DNA of 64,000 nucleotides from Candidatus Omnitrophota bacterium (GTDB lineage Bacteria; Omnitrophota; Gorgyraeia; Zapsychrales; Zapsychraceae): NCBI GenBank assembly GCA_035292445.1, contig DATDQB010000003.1, positions 9,692 to 73,691 of the forward strand, read 5' to 3'. Shown piece by piece: positions 8,794 to 18,634 of this stretch (position 1 is its first letter; each line of letters starts with the position of its first letter). The notes under the pieces were generated by a model. It saw only the letters and a program-made list of their open reading frames with translations, ran no database searches and was not told where the DNA came from. The position numbers and the translations under genes were made by a program.

Positions 8794-10338
8794 TTAATAG
8801 TAAGCCACGTTATCGGTCATAGCGTGGAACCAGCTGACCTGAGCAGTCTTGGCCGCGAAATACAATAGGGCCACGGCGAATAAAGACGCGGCGACCAAGC
8901 GTAGGGGCGCAGCGCGCTGCGCCCCTATTTCTTTTTTTAAAAGAAAATTAAAAATGTCTATTATAACCCTGACGCTCAGCAGCACCGCGGCCGGGGTAAA
9001 ATATAAGATATACCGGCCCTGGTAATTGCCGTAAAAGGACGTGAAGGCGAGCGTCCAAAAGGCAACCGACAGCAAAAGCCCGTCTCCTTTAGAGCCCAAG
9101 GGCGCCTTGACCATGCCGATAAAAAAGAAAATGTAAAACGGTGAGTATTCCAGGATATGCTTGATATAAAAATACCACGGCTCTTCGTTGAACGAGCCCA
9201 TGGCCCACCCTGTCTTGGGATAACCGTGCCACGTTAAGGATTTGAACAAGCTCTCCCTGAAGTCGGGTTGAATGATCAGATAAACGATAGAAAAAGACAG
9301 GGCGACGCTCAATAGAAACCCTGCGGTCGACTTGAAACGCGAGATCTTTTCATAAACGACCTGGCTTTTCTTCTTCAAAATAAAAAGGATAAAAAAAGCC
9401 GCCCCAAAACCAAGAATTAAATAAAAGAACTTATCGAAGCGGCTGAAAACCCAGCCGCGGAATGTGTTACCAATAAAGAGCTCCCTGCCATAATGCTCAA
9501 TATTCGTAAGGATCCAGGGCAAAAACAGGATCCCCGCGATAAAAAGCCCGATATAAAAAAGAAACGATTTAAATACTTTTCTCTCAACAAGTGCGGCATA
9601 AGTCAAAGTGCTAATAAAAACAAGGACCGCTGGATACTTGGTCAGCAAAGCCAGCCCCCCGCTTATGCCCCAGAGGATAAAATACCACGGCTGGTCCTTG
9701 CCCTTATAAAAGAAATAAACGGCCAACCAGAACATGGCCGCCAGGGTCGATTCCATCCACACCTTTTGGGAGCAGTTAAGCAAGTTGACCTCAATGGCCA
9801 GGATGAACGCGGCCAAAAGGCCAACGCGGTAATCATAGATTGTGCGGCCCAACAAAAAGACCGTGAAGATCAACAGACACCCCATCAGGTTGGATACTTT
9901 GCTGGACAAGGCATAAAGCTCCTCGAAAGAATAGTTGGGCTTTTTCTCAAGGAACGTGTAAGACAAGCTGATCAAAAACGAATAGAACGGCGGGTGCTTG
10001 AAGAGCGGGTCTTTGAAATATGCCGGCAGCTGGCGCCCGGCGCGCAGATTCTCGTTGAACATGCTTACCGTGCTGTATTCAAGGCCTTCTTTGAGCTGCA
10101 ACCCCAGGCGCGAATAAACAGACTCATCAACGGTCGTAATGCGTTTCCTGTGGGTGAAGTCCGCCCCGTAAAGATGGGTGAAAAATGACGCCACAACGAT
10201 CACAAAAGCGGCTACAACGGCGTATTGGCTGAAAATGCCCTGGGGCTGAGCGGGCGTAACGGCGGGATTTTCCTGGCGGGAAGGCGCTCCCTTATTGTGT
10301 TTATGCTTTTTCTTTGCCAATTTATTTTTTACCGACAA
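8794..10338 (-). CDS. GT-C fold membrane glycosyltransferase, PMT_2/ArnT family (GT39/GT83-like)
   Basis: 514 aa polytopic membrane protein. Basic N-terminus, then more than 10 TM segments with the YxRxG-type loop region typical of ArnT/PMT_2. 2-bp spacing to the upstream gene. Confidence 0.65.
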   Translation of the reverse strand: MSVKNKLAKKKHKHNKGAPSRQENPAVTPAQPQGIFSQYAVVAAFVIVVASFFTHLYGADFTHRKRITTVDESVYSRLGLQLKEGLEYSTVSMFNENLRAGRQLPAYFKDPLFKHPPFYSFLISLSYTFLEKKPNYSFEELYALSSKVSNLMGCLLIFTVFLLGRTIYDYRVGLLAAFILAIEVNLLNCSQKVWMESTLAAMFWLAVYFFYKGKDQPWYFILWGISGGLALLTKYPAVLVFISTLTYAALVERKVFKSFLFYIGLFIAGILFLPWILTNIEHYGRELFIGNTFRGWVFSRFDKFFYLILGFGAAFFILFILKKKSQVVYEKISRFKSTAGFLLSVALSFSIVYLIIQPDFRESLFKSLTWHGYPKTGWAMGSFNEEPWYFYIKHILEYSPFYIFFFIGMVKAPLGSKGDGLLLSVAFWTLAFTSFYGNYQGRYILYFTPAAVLLSVRVIIDIFNFLLKKEIGAQRAAPLRLVAASLFAVALLYFAAKTAQVSWFHAMTDNVAYY

Positions 10339-10879
10339 GTTTCAATAAAACGTGGATCTCATCGCCCAACATGGGCTTGCCGCTTTCATCCATCACGTTG
10401 TATTCGATCCCGAAATCTTTCTTGTTGAACTTGCCGTAAAGAAAAACCGCGAGCAATTCTTTTCCGTTTTCATCTTTGCCGGTTCCCCCCACCACATATT
10501 CAAAGGATACCAGCTTGGTCGTTGAGCGGACCGTAACGTCCGCCGAAAGTTTCTTGGCATCGACCTTTTTAGACCGCACGCTAATCGTGGGAAAAGCGGC
10601 CGTATTTAAAAATTGTTCGGATTGCATGGCCGCATCGCGGTCTTCGTTATACGTTGTGATGGAGGCGCTATCGAGGGTCAGATCCAGCGATTGAAGCGCG
10701 GATGCCTTCTCATCAAAATCGATCTTGCCGTCTTTGAACTTAACGATCCCGGAGCTAAAACCGATCACGTGGGGCACCTCAAAATCGGTGATGGATTGCT
10801 CGGTGTCGATCGCGTACGTGACGGCATACGCCGCGTGGGCCATGAAAATATAAACGATCGTTAAAAGAATCCGTTTCAT
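10322..10879 (-). CDS. YceI-like periplasmic polyisoprenoid-binding family protein
   Basis: 185 aa. Signal peptide (LLTIVYIFMAHAAYA). YAIDTEQSITDFEV...HVIGFSSGIVKF matches the YceI beta-barrel N-terminus. Confidence 0.55.
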   Translation of the reverse strand: MKRILLTIVYIFMAHAAYAVTYAIDTEQSITDFEVPHVIGFSSGIVKFKDGKIDFDEKASALQSLDLTLDSASITTYNEDRDAAMQSEQFLNTAAFPTISVRSKKVDAKKLSADVTVRSTTKLVSFEYVVGGTGKDENGKELLAVFLYGKFNKKDFGIEYNVMDESGKPMLGDEIHVLLKLVGKK

Positions 10880-10880
10880 C

Positions 10881-13800
10881 TTATTTTAATTCCAAAAGCG
10901 TTTGGGCCGTAACCGCCTGGCCGTTGTTATCCGTGGCCTTGAGCCGGACAATCCATTCGCTGCTGCCGCGTAAATATTCTTGGATCGGCAGATGCGCCAC
11001 CCAATCATGGGCCGCCTGCTGGGTAAATGGCCCGGCCACCTGCTCAAATTTGCTGGCGTGCTTGCCCTTGCCCAGCTCAACGACAAAATCCTTGAAATCG
11101 CCGCGCGCGGTGGCGAACACATCCACCGATTCCATTTTCTTTTTCTCATCGAGATTGATCCTTGTTTCATTGATCTTCAAGGTCAGCTGGCCGTTCACAT
11201 CAAGCCGCAACGCGGAGGCCGCATCAAGCATTCCCGCTCCTGATTCGCCGTCCCAGCCTTCTTCGTACATTTCAACGGCCGTGCGGTCCAAAATATCTTC
11301 GATATCGTAATTGGTCAAATCCGGGTTCTGCGCCAATAACAAAGAAGCCGTGGCCGCGACCATCGGCGTTGAGAACGACGTTCCCGAGCGCGGAAGGCAT
11401 CCTTGCTTGACAACGGAAGGCTTAAGTTTTTTGCCCGTTCCGGTGGCCAGTATCGAATAAATGGCATCGCCGGGCGCCAGCACGCCGTTATTCGGCCCCC
11501 AGTTGGAGATGGTGCTGCGGTTGCCTTCGAAATCAATAGCGCCGACGGCAAACGCGCCTTTGTTGGAAGCGGGGCCGTGCAGGCCTATATTCTCATTCAC
11601 ATTGCCACTGGCGACCGCTACAAAAACACCTTTGGCCCAGGCATAATTCAATGCCGCCTGCTCCAAATCCGATGGGACACGCGCGCCCAAGCTGACATTG
11701 ATGATCTGCGCCCCATTATCGACCGCGTAAAAGATGGCGCGGGCAATCAAAAGGCTATTGGTCTCTCCCATATCATCGGCCACTTTGACCGGCATGATGA
11801 CCGCGCCGGGGTTGATGCCGGCAATACCGATGGCGTTATTGGTTTTCGCGGCAATGATGCCGGCGACGAACGTGCCATGGCCTTCCAGGTCCGTCAGGTC
11901 ATTACTGTCATCCAAAAAATTCCAGCCGTTGACGTCATCCACATAACCGTTTTGGTCGTCATCAATACCGTTATTGGGAACTTCTCCATCATTGCTCCAG
12001 ACATACTGCGGCGCGTCCGGATGGTTGAAATCAAATCCGGAATCAATGACCGCGACAATCACGTTTCTTTTCTCTTCATCGACAACGTTCCAGGCGGAAT
12101 TGGGATCGCTCAAGGGCGTAAAGCCGATGTCATGCAACCCCCATTGATGCTTGATCTCCTTTTCCTTGTCGGAGCCGGCCGTTGTCGCCCCGATCGTCCC
12201 GAGCCCCATTTTCATTTCACTGCCCAGCGCGAACATTTTAGGCTCCTTGGAACTTCCCAAGATGCCGAATAATTTTTTCCTCTTTTTCTCGACCGGCGCG
12301 GCGTAGAACGGGTCATTAGGCACGACAGCCGGTTTCGCCTCTTCCTCTTTCTTCTTTTTCCCTTTCTTACCGTCTTCTTCCGGTTCAGGCGTAAGAGCGC
12401 TGGTGATCTTGTTAATGATCTTCGCCTTGGCCCGGTCAAGTACTCCCTGCAATCCGCCTTCGCGTAGCGCCAAAACCTGGTCACTCGCTGACTGTGCTTT
12501 TTGAAGAGCCTCCATCACGGCGTTGGGATTATTCTTTAACATCGATTGCGTGATGACCTCAACGGGTTTGCCGTGCGCGTCCAGGATCGCCAGCGCTTTT
12601 TCTTTACCTGAATTGCCGCAAGCGACGATGGGGCCGCCCGTTGACATATTCTTGCTTGGGTCTTTGCCGTATTGGGAGCCTCCGCCTCCACCCGATGACT
12701 CTCCTGATGAGGCCGGCGCCTCTTTGGGCAACGGCTCCTGCTTGAAATCTTTTTCGAAACAATTGTCGGCGTATTTGCCGCTTTTTTCCATGCTTTGCTT
12801 TAACAGATCGCCCATGCTGCCCATACTGATGGAGGTGTTCAACATGCCGAAGGCGCTGGAGGCACCGGGCAACATCCCGGCCAACTGCTTAAGCGCATCC
12901 CCGGGGTTGGCGACCTTGGCCAGGGCCATGACCTGCGAAGGCACAAATCCCTGTGCGCCGCCGGCTTGCTCGAGAATATAACGTCCGCGCGGCGTTTCAA
13001 TGATAATGATGACCCATGTGACTTCAATTGTTGTCGGACGGATGCATTGCCTGCAAATCATACGTGTGCCGCCTGGCCCGGCGACCGTGTGCTTGCCGGG
13101 AACACAAATGGTCCCGGGGCGGCACATAACACAGCTGCTCGCTTCCCCGTATTTCTCGCAGCTCTCCGGATATTCGCATTTATAACAGTTAGCGGGCGTG
13201 CCCGTGCTTTGATACACGCCTGTTGTAAAACCGGATGAAACGCGCGCCCCGGCCGGGACACATTTCCCGCCTTCGATCACGCACTGTTGGCATCGCGTGT
13301 ACGGGAAATTAGGCTCAAGGCATTCACGAAATAAACTTGTTAAAATACAAACATGGCAAGCCGCTCCGTTTAACATGATCTCTTCGCATTGACCTATCGA
13401 GCAAGGGTTGGGCGTGCAGCCGCCGGGGGCATAGTCATAATAATCGCAGGACTCGGCCACCGCTGTTTTCTTGACGCAATCATGGCAGGCCTTATCCTTG
13501 ACCATGGTCGGGACACAAACTTCATCGCCGGAACACTGCCCCGGGCAAGGGCCGGGCAGCATCTCAAAAGATTCACAACTTTCTTCATGTAATAACCCGC
13601 CTTGGCACTGATGGCATTGGCCTTCCGAAATGCATATCTGCCCTTCCGGACAGGAATTGGCTTGGCATGTGCCGAGCGACCAGCCGTCGAAGCAATCAAC
13701 CCCTTCCTGCATGCAGTAATGGCATGTTTTTCCTTCATCAGTTACCACCTGGTCACACTCATAACAATCTTGAGGACACGGCCCCGGTTCATAAGGAGGC

Positions 13801-16800
13801 AAACATTCGTCATAGTACTTGCAACTGTAGCAACGATTACCCTGCTCATCATATTCACCCGGAACGCAATTGACACTGGGATTGGGGCATGATTCAGCGC
13901 AACCCCCATGCGTCATCTTGCCCAGATCGTGGCAGCTTTTCTTGTCCTTGCACTCATCCGTTGCTTCATCGCATTCCTGGCCGTGGCATGGCGGATCACC
14001 AGGCAGGCATTTTCCATCCTGCCCGCATGTTTCTGCCCCGTTGCAGAACAGCCCGTCATCGCAATCGGCATCGCTCTGGCATCCGGGAGGCGGTGTCGTT
14101 GTTGGTTTCATCTTACATTCCCAGCACCAGACCCCATAATCATCCTGAGTTTTTTGAACGCATTTACCACCCTCTTGAACGCACCCACTATTCACGCACC
14201 CTTCGCCGTCCGTCATGCCCATATCTTCGCAGGTCTTTTTCTTCTGCTGGCAACGATGACAATTTTCGCCGGCGGGGACACATTCTTGGTCAGAGCTGCA
14301 TGAAGATTGGGTGCACGCGCCTTGTGTTGTACCCTGAGGACATTCGGGCTGCGTTCGTGTCTTCTCTTGACATTGATAACAATGTGTCCCGGCCATTTGA
14401 CAAATTTGATCCGCGCTGCAATCTCCTGGACAAAGGCCGTCCTTTAGTCCATCTTGACATCGTTGATCATCCATAGCCACACATCGGAAGCATCCATGCG
14501 CAAGACCTTGGCACACGTCTCCCCTCTTACAAGGAATAGGCTGGCATCGTCCCGGAACATAACTCGATGGACAATCTTCGGGCTTAGCAACACATTGATA
14601 ACAATGTGTCCCGGCCATTTGACAAATTTGATCCGCACTGCAATCTCCCGGACAAAGGCCGTCCTTTAATCCATCTTGACATAGTTGATCATCCATAGCC
14701 ACACAACGAAAACAGTCCCGATAACTTTGGCATACTTCTCCACTCTGGCAAGGAAACGGGCTGCAGCTTCCAGAAGCATATGTTTGACCGCATTCTTTGG
14801 GCTTGGACCGGCACTGGTGACAATTATCTTGCTCAACGCATTCTTGATCAGAACTGCAGGAATGAGAATCACAAGGACCTGGTTGTGTCCCGTCTGGACA
14901 TTGAGGCGTTGTCTTCGGTTTCTCCTCGCACAAATGACATTCGTTGCCAACGGGAACACAGCTTTGATCCTCTGAACAAGAACCTGGCGCGCAAGGACCT
15001 TCTAAAGAATCCTCGCATTTGGGAGGAGGTTGCGTGACCGGTTGTTCGCAGGTGTGACAATAATCGCCGACCGTTGTACATTGCTGGCCATCAGGACAAA
15101 GTCCCGGCTTGCAGACACCGGGCGCGCTGCCTGGCGGGCATTCAACGTCCACGCACTCAAAACAATTTAATCCGGACATTTTCGCCCAATAACTGTCGGC
15201 CCCCCATGACTCACATCTTTGGTTGTCCTTGCATTTGCCGTTGCAACTGCCATCCTCGTATGCCTCATAATCTGCGCAGGTTTCGATCTCTTCGCAGTGA
15301 TAACACGGGGTTTCCCCTGCCAAAGCAAATTCGACAACGCATTGTTCTTTTTTCGGCTCGCATTGGCCGCCGCAATTAGAGGACTCATAATACCCGTGCT
15401 CGCATTCCGGTTTGGGATTACACAAATGGCATCCGTCTTGGGTGTCCGTGCAATCCATATCTTCAGGACAAATGCCCGGCTGGCAATTGCCGAATTTCGC
15501 ATTGGGATCATAGCAAGGCTCTTCGCAAAAGTAGCACCGTAATCCGTGCCTGTCCCCGACCGGTTTGAACTTGCAGCGAAGCATGCGCTTGAAGCACTCT
15601 GAGCAATCCAGGTACCCGCCGTATTCTTCGCACTGATTGGGGGGCGGCGGTTCATCTTTCAGCTCGCAAACCGCGCATTTAACCTTTTTGCTCGATGAAA
15701 GCACGATATCCTGCATGGAGCAATCTTCGTTGGCTGAACAGGGATGGGGATTACAGCTTGTCGGGAATCCGGCTTCCTGGCAGGTTTCCGGCGGCTTGTA
15801 CTTTTCGATGCAGCGGTAGCAAGGCACATCGCCCCGTACCGTTGTCATGCCCATGCACATCTTGCCCGCGGCTTCGCACTCTTTGCATTTGTCGAACGTC
15901 AGGTCGGGATAACACGGATCTTTTTCGCAGCGGCAGCAGCTGATCTGCCCGCCTAACCCATCGGGAAACGCTTGGTTGACCAATATTTGGCTTGGGCCGC
16001 AATCACACGCGGGGGTGCGGAAACCATAATCAGCGCAAACTTTTGGTTTTGGCGGTGGCGGCGGAGGTTCCGGAGGCACATCTTCAAAACAAGCGAAACA
16101 AACCACGCCTTTATCGTCAGCTACCAGACCGACAAACAAGTTGGCCGGCGCGCAATTCGGTAACTTCGGTGGGCATTTGGGGCAATCCGCCTGATAGATC
16201 AAACCCAGATCATAACAACTCACCGGCGGTGGTGGCGGCTTCTTGACGCATTGGTGGCAATCATACCCGTCCGGATGCACGCCCATCTTTTGGCAAACCT
16301 CATCGATCAGGCAAGCCCCGCCGCAGGTCGCGTCCCATGTCGTACCGGGCCATATGTCCTTGCACTGATCTTTTCGGTCGATACAATCCCAGCATTGCCT
16401 GCCGGAAGGATCGCTCGGCAACGGAAAAGCGCCGCCGCCGATACCGGCGATGGCTGGAAAAGTTACGGCGCTCACGCACACTTTTTTAGGATTGGCCTCG
16501 CACCACATGCAATCCGGCCAATTGTAAATGTATCCCAAGTCATAACAGCTTATCGCGGCCGCGCAACCGTAACAGTTGGTGTCTTCGCTCAATTCGGGAT
16601 TATTGGCCGCTTTATGCGTTTGCACGACTTTACAGCTGAGATCCGGCTTGGGGCAGGTTTGCGCGCATGTTTCTTGAGAGGATGTTCCGAGCAATTTGGA
16701 TTTGCAGAAGGCGTCTTCTTCATTACCTTCGCCATCGCCAAAGGTGGCCAGATCCGCCAGCATGTTATACGCGTTTTTTATTTTTTCAGGAACTTTATTG

Positions 16801-16955
16801 TTGGGGTCGTTGACATCGATACCCTGCGGCTGCGCCGTTTGGGCAAAAGCGATATCGGAGAAACTCTCTAGGGGGGATATTATTAGGGAAGCGCCGACAA
16901 CCAACAATGTTGCCGCGCTCATGAAGAAAATATATTTTAAGGTTTGCTTGAGCAT
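10881..16955 (-). CDS. giant secreted protein: cysteine-rich tandem modules + disordered spacer + subtilisin S8 peptidase + C-terminal beta domain
   Basis: 2,024 aa. Signal peptide. About 1,250 aa of roughly 25 modules with spacing G-x-C-x4-C-x5-C-x5-6-C-[HYF]-x-C, joined by poly-Pro/Thr linkers (KPPPPPV, PPEPPPPPPKPK, PTTTPPPG). A Gly/Lys/Glu-rich low-complexity stretch follows. Then a subtilase with catalytic D (VIVAVIDSGFD), H (LEGHGTFVAG) and S (GTSFSTPMVAA). Confidence 0.9.
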   Translation of the reverse strand: MLKQTLKYIFFMSAATLLVVGASLIISPLESFSDIAFAQTAQPQGIDVNDPNNKVPEKIKNAYNMLADLATFGDGEGNEEDAFCKSKLLGTSSQETCAQTCPKPDLSCKVVQTHKAANNPELSEDTNCYGCAAAISCYDLGYIYNWPDCMWCEANPKKVCVSAVTFPAIAGIGGGAFPLPSDPSGRQCWDCIDRKDQCKDIWPGTTWDATCGGACLIDEVCQKMGVHPDGYDCHQCVKKPPPPPVSCYDLGLIYQADCPKCPPKLPNCAPANLFVGLVADDKGVVCFACFEDVPPEPPPPPPKPKVCADYGFRTPACDCGPSQILVNQAFPDGLGGQISCCRCEKDPCYPDLTFDKCKECEAAGKMCMGMTTVRGDVPCYRCIEKYKPPETCQEAGFPTSCNPHPCSANEDCSMQDIVLSSSKKVKCAVCELKDEPPPPNQCEEYGGYLDCSECFKRMLRCKFKPVGDRHGLRCYFCEEPCYDPNAKFGNCQPGICPEDMDCTDTQDGCHLCNPKPECEHGYYESSNCGGQCEPKKEQCVVEFALAGETPCYHCEEIETCADYEAYEDGSCNGKCKDNQRCESWGADSYWAKMSGLNCFECVDVECPPGSAPGVCKPGLCPDGQQCTTVGDYCHTCEQPVTQPPPKCEDSLEGPCAPGSCSEDQSCVPVGNECHLCEEKPKTTPQCPDGTQPGPCDSHSCSSDQECVEQDNCHQCRSKPKECGQTYASGSCSPFPCQSGEVCQSYRDCFRCVAMDDQLCQDGLKDGLCPGDCSADQICQMAGTHCYQCVAKPEDCPSSYVPGRCQPIPCKRGDVCQGLAHGCFRCVAMDDQRCQDGLKDGLCPGDCSADQICQMAGTHCYQCQEKTRTQPECPQGTTQGACTQSSCSSDQECVPAGENCHRCQQKKKTCEDMGMTDGEGCVNSGCVQEGGKCVQKTQDDYGVWCWECKMKPTTTPPPGCQSDADCDDGLFCNGAETCGQDGKCLPGDPPCHGQECDEATDECKDKKSCHDLGKMTHGGCAESCPNPSVNCVPGEYDEQGNRCYSCKYYDECLPPYEPGPCPQDCYECDQVVTDEGKTCHYCMQEGVDCFDGWSLGTCQANSCPEGQICISEGQCHQCQGGLLHEESCESFEMLPGPCPGQCSGDEVCVPTMVKDKACHDCVKKTAVAESCDYYDYAPGGCTPNPCSIGQCEEIMLNGAACHVCILTSLFRECLEPNFPYTRCQQCVIEGGKCVPAGARVSSGFTTGVYQSTGTPANCYKCEYPESCEKYGEASSCVMCRPGTICVPGKHTVAGPGGTRMICRQCIRPTTIEVTWVIIIIETPRGRYILEQAGGAQGFVPSQVMALAKVANPGDALKQLAGMLPGASSAFGMLNTSISMGSMGDLLKQSMEKSGKYADNCFEKDFKQEPLPKEAPASSGESSGGGGGSQYGKDPSKNMSTGGPIVACGNSGKEKALAILDAHGKPVEVITQSMLKNNPNAVMEALQKAQSASDQVLALREGGLQGVLDRAKAKIINKITSALTPEPEEDGKKGKKKKEEEAKPAVVPNDPFYAAPVEKKRKKLFGILGSSKEPKMFALGSEMKMGLGTIGATTAGSDKEKEIKHQWGLHDIGFTPLSDPNSAWNVVDEEKRNVIVAVIDSGFDFNHPDAPQYVWSNDGEVPNNGIDDDQNGYVDDVNGWNFLDDSNDLTDLEGHGTFVAGIIAAKTNNAIGIAGINPGAVIMPVKVADDMGETNSLLIARAIFYAVDNGAQIINVSLGARVPSDLEQAALNYAWAKGVFVAVASGNVNENIGLHGPASNKGAFAVGAIDFEGNRSTISNWGPNNGVLAPGDAIYSILATGTGKKLKPSVVKQGCLPRSGTSFSTPMVAATASLLLAQNPDLTNYDIEDILDRTAVEMYEEGWDGESGAGMLDAASALRLDVNGQLTLKINETRINLDEKKKMESVDVFATARGDFKDFVVELGKGKHASKFEQVAGPFTQQAAHDWVAHLPIQEYLRGSSEWIVRLKATDNNGQAVTAQTLLELK
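14370..14813. repeat. two near-identical 222-bp tandem direct repeats inside the Cys-rich coding region
   Basis: The DNA segment starting acattgataacaatgtgtcccggccatttgacaaatttgatccgc occurs at 14370 and 14592 with only a few substitutions. It encodes the duplicated 74-aa unit RCVAMDDQxCQDGLKDGLCPGDCSADQICQMAGTHCYQC... Confidence 0.75.
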
Positions 16956-17042
16956 TACCCTGATTTAACTGGTTAATGTTCAGTAATTTATAACAATTCG
17001 CTGGGCTTGTCAATTTATATCTTGATATAAACAAAGGAATTA

Positions 17043-17708
17043 TTGAAGCTTTTGCCAATTCTCAGTATAATAAAATTTCTGATGCAAAAGCGCACCCTCA
17101 TATTCGATTTTGACGGCACCATCGCTGATACGCACCTATTTATCATCGACATCTATAACAGCTTTAGCGATGACTTCGGCTATAAAAGGATCGATGTCAG
17201 AAAGCTGGAGCGCTACAAGGACAAAAACGCCCAGCAGATCATTCGCCATCTGAAGATCCCTATCTTCAAGATCCCTTCTTTGATCACCAAGGCCAAGATG
17301 CTTTACCATCAGGACATCCACAAAATAAAGCCATTTGATGGCCTTAAAGAAGTGCTGGAAAAATTAAAGGCCGCCGGGCACACCCTCGGCATCCTCTCCT
17401 CCAACAGCCGCCCGAACATCATGAAATTCCTCGATAACCACCATCTTCAAGTCTTTGATTTTATCCAGTCCACCAGCAGTGTTTTGGGCAAGAACTCCGC
17501 CATCAAAAAGCTGGCGGAGCGCATGAACATTAACCTTAATGACATCTTGTACATCGGCGATGAGGTCAGGGACATTGAAGCGGCTAAAAAGCTGGGGATC
17601 AAAGTGGCGGCGGTGACGTGGGGATACAATTCATTACGGGCCTTGAAGGCCAGAAAGCCCGACTTCCTTATCCATCATCCTAAAGAATTGCTGCTGTTGT
17701 GCCGCTAA
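17043..17708 (+). CDS. HAD-superfamily hydrolase (phosphoglycolate phosphatase-like)
   Basis: Motif I LIFDFDGTIADT, motif II S/T (LGILSSNS), motif IV GDEVRDIEAA. 221 aa. Confidence 0.85.
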   Translation: MKLLPILSIIKFLMQKRTLIFDFDGTIADTHLFIIDIYNSFSDDFGYKRIDVRKLERYKDKNAQQIIRHLKIPIFKIPSLITKAKMLYHQDIHKIKPFDGLKEVLEKLKAAGHTLGILSSNSRPNIMKFLDNHHLQVFDFIQSTSSVLGKNSAIKKLAERMNINLNDILYIGDEVRDIEAAKKLGIKVAAVTWGYNSLRALKARKPDFLIHHPKELLLLCR

Positions 17709-17723
17709 ACTAAAGTTTGGCTT

Positions 17724-18512
17724 CTAAGAATAGCGGATCGCGTTAAGGCTCTCGATGAAGTTGACGCTGCTGAAGCGGCCAATGTAATAATCGGCGCCGG
17801 CCTGCATGCACGCCTCTTTAGCCTCCTGCAGGTAATCCACGTGGCTGAAGGCCTTGGGGTTTTCGGGAGAGAAGTTCGTGTAGATAACGATCTTCGTGTT
17901 ATCGAGCTTATGGAAACAGCGCAAGGACTTGATCAATTCGCGGCTCGGCAGATCGCGCATATAAACGTCGATGAATATATAATTAGGCGTTTCTTTCAAA
18001 GCCTTCTCCAAGACCTCCGATGAATTCTCGGCGGTCATCGTATCGTACCCATCGTCTTTCAAGAGGATCGCCATGTGGTTAATGACGTATTCCTCGGAGC
18101 CGCACACCAGCATTTTCCCGCGCTGGGTCCTCTCCGCTTCCGGTTCGGTGAGCTGCTGGATCTTATCGGCAAGGTTTTCGGAGGTAAACGGTTTGGTGAT
18201 AAAGCCCTGGACGCCCAAGGCCCGGAAGGAATCCTCCATGTTCGGCCTGGCCGTCAAAATGATGACCGGGATCCTCGCGGTCTGGCGCTCGGTCCTTAAT
18301 TTCTTATAGAATTCGTAACCATCCATGATCGGCATGATGATATCCGTAATAATGATGTCCGGTGTGGTGCTATTCACCAGGGACATCCCGTCTTTGCCGT
18401 TAAACGCCGTATCCACAACGTAGCCCAAGCGTTCCAGCATCCGTTTGGCCGCATGCACGATTTCCTGCTCATCATCGATCACCAATACGCGTTTTGTCTT
18501 GACGTTCATCAC
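17724..18512 (-). CDS. response regulator with one canonical and one degenerate receiver (REC) domain
   Basis: N-terminal REC: VLVIDDE...DIIITDIIMPIMDG...ILTA...K. The second half is REC-like (IFIDVYMRDLPSRE) but lacks a perfect acidic pocket. Confidence 0.8.
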   Translation of the reverse strand: MMNVKTKRVLVIDDEQEIVHAAKRMLERLGYVVDTAFNGKDGMSLVNSTTPDIIITDIIMPIMDGYEFYKKLRTERQTARIPVIILTARPNMEDSFRALGVQGFITKPFTSENLADKIQQLTEPEAERTQRGKMLVCGSEEYVINHMAILLKDDGYDTMTAENSSEVLEKALKETPNYIFIDVYMRDLPSRELIKSLRCFHKLDNTKIVIYTNFSPENPKAFSHVDYLQEAKEACMQAGADYYIGRFSSVNFIESLNAIRYS

Positions 18513-18634
18513 ATTCTCCTTGTTTAACTTTCCTGCAGGGGCGCGGTTACCGCGCCCCTACTCTAAATATATATCCGCTATAAATATGCCACATTTTCCT
18601 TAAAAATGAAATAAGAAGTCAAAGAATTCCAAAC

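Noticed and set aside
14370-14813. Tandem repeats considered as a possible CRISPR or minisatellite array
   Set aside because: Only two long (222-bp) in-frame copies inside a coding region. There is no short repeat-spacer periodicity and no cas genes in the window.
11403-16871. Numerous plus-strand ORFs (e.g. 11403-12272 at 289 aa, 13889-14476, 16251-16871)
   Set aside because: All lie antisense within the 2,024-aa minus-strand gene, whose frame shows strongly periodic Cys-module structure and an S8 catalytic triad. They are Arg/Pro/His-rich shadow frames.
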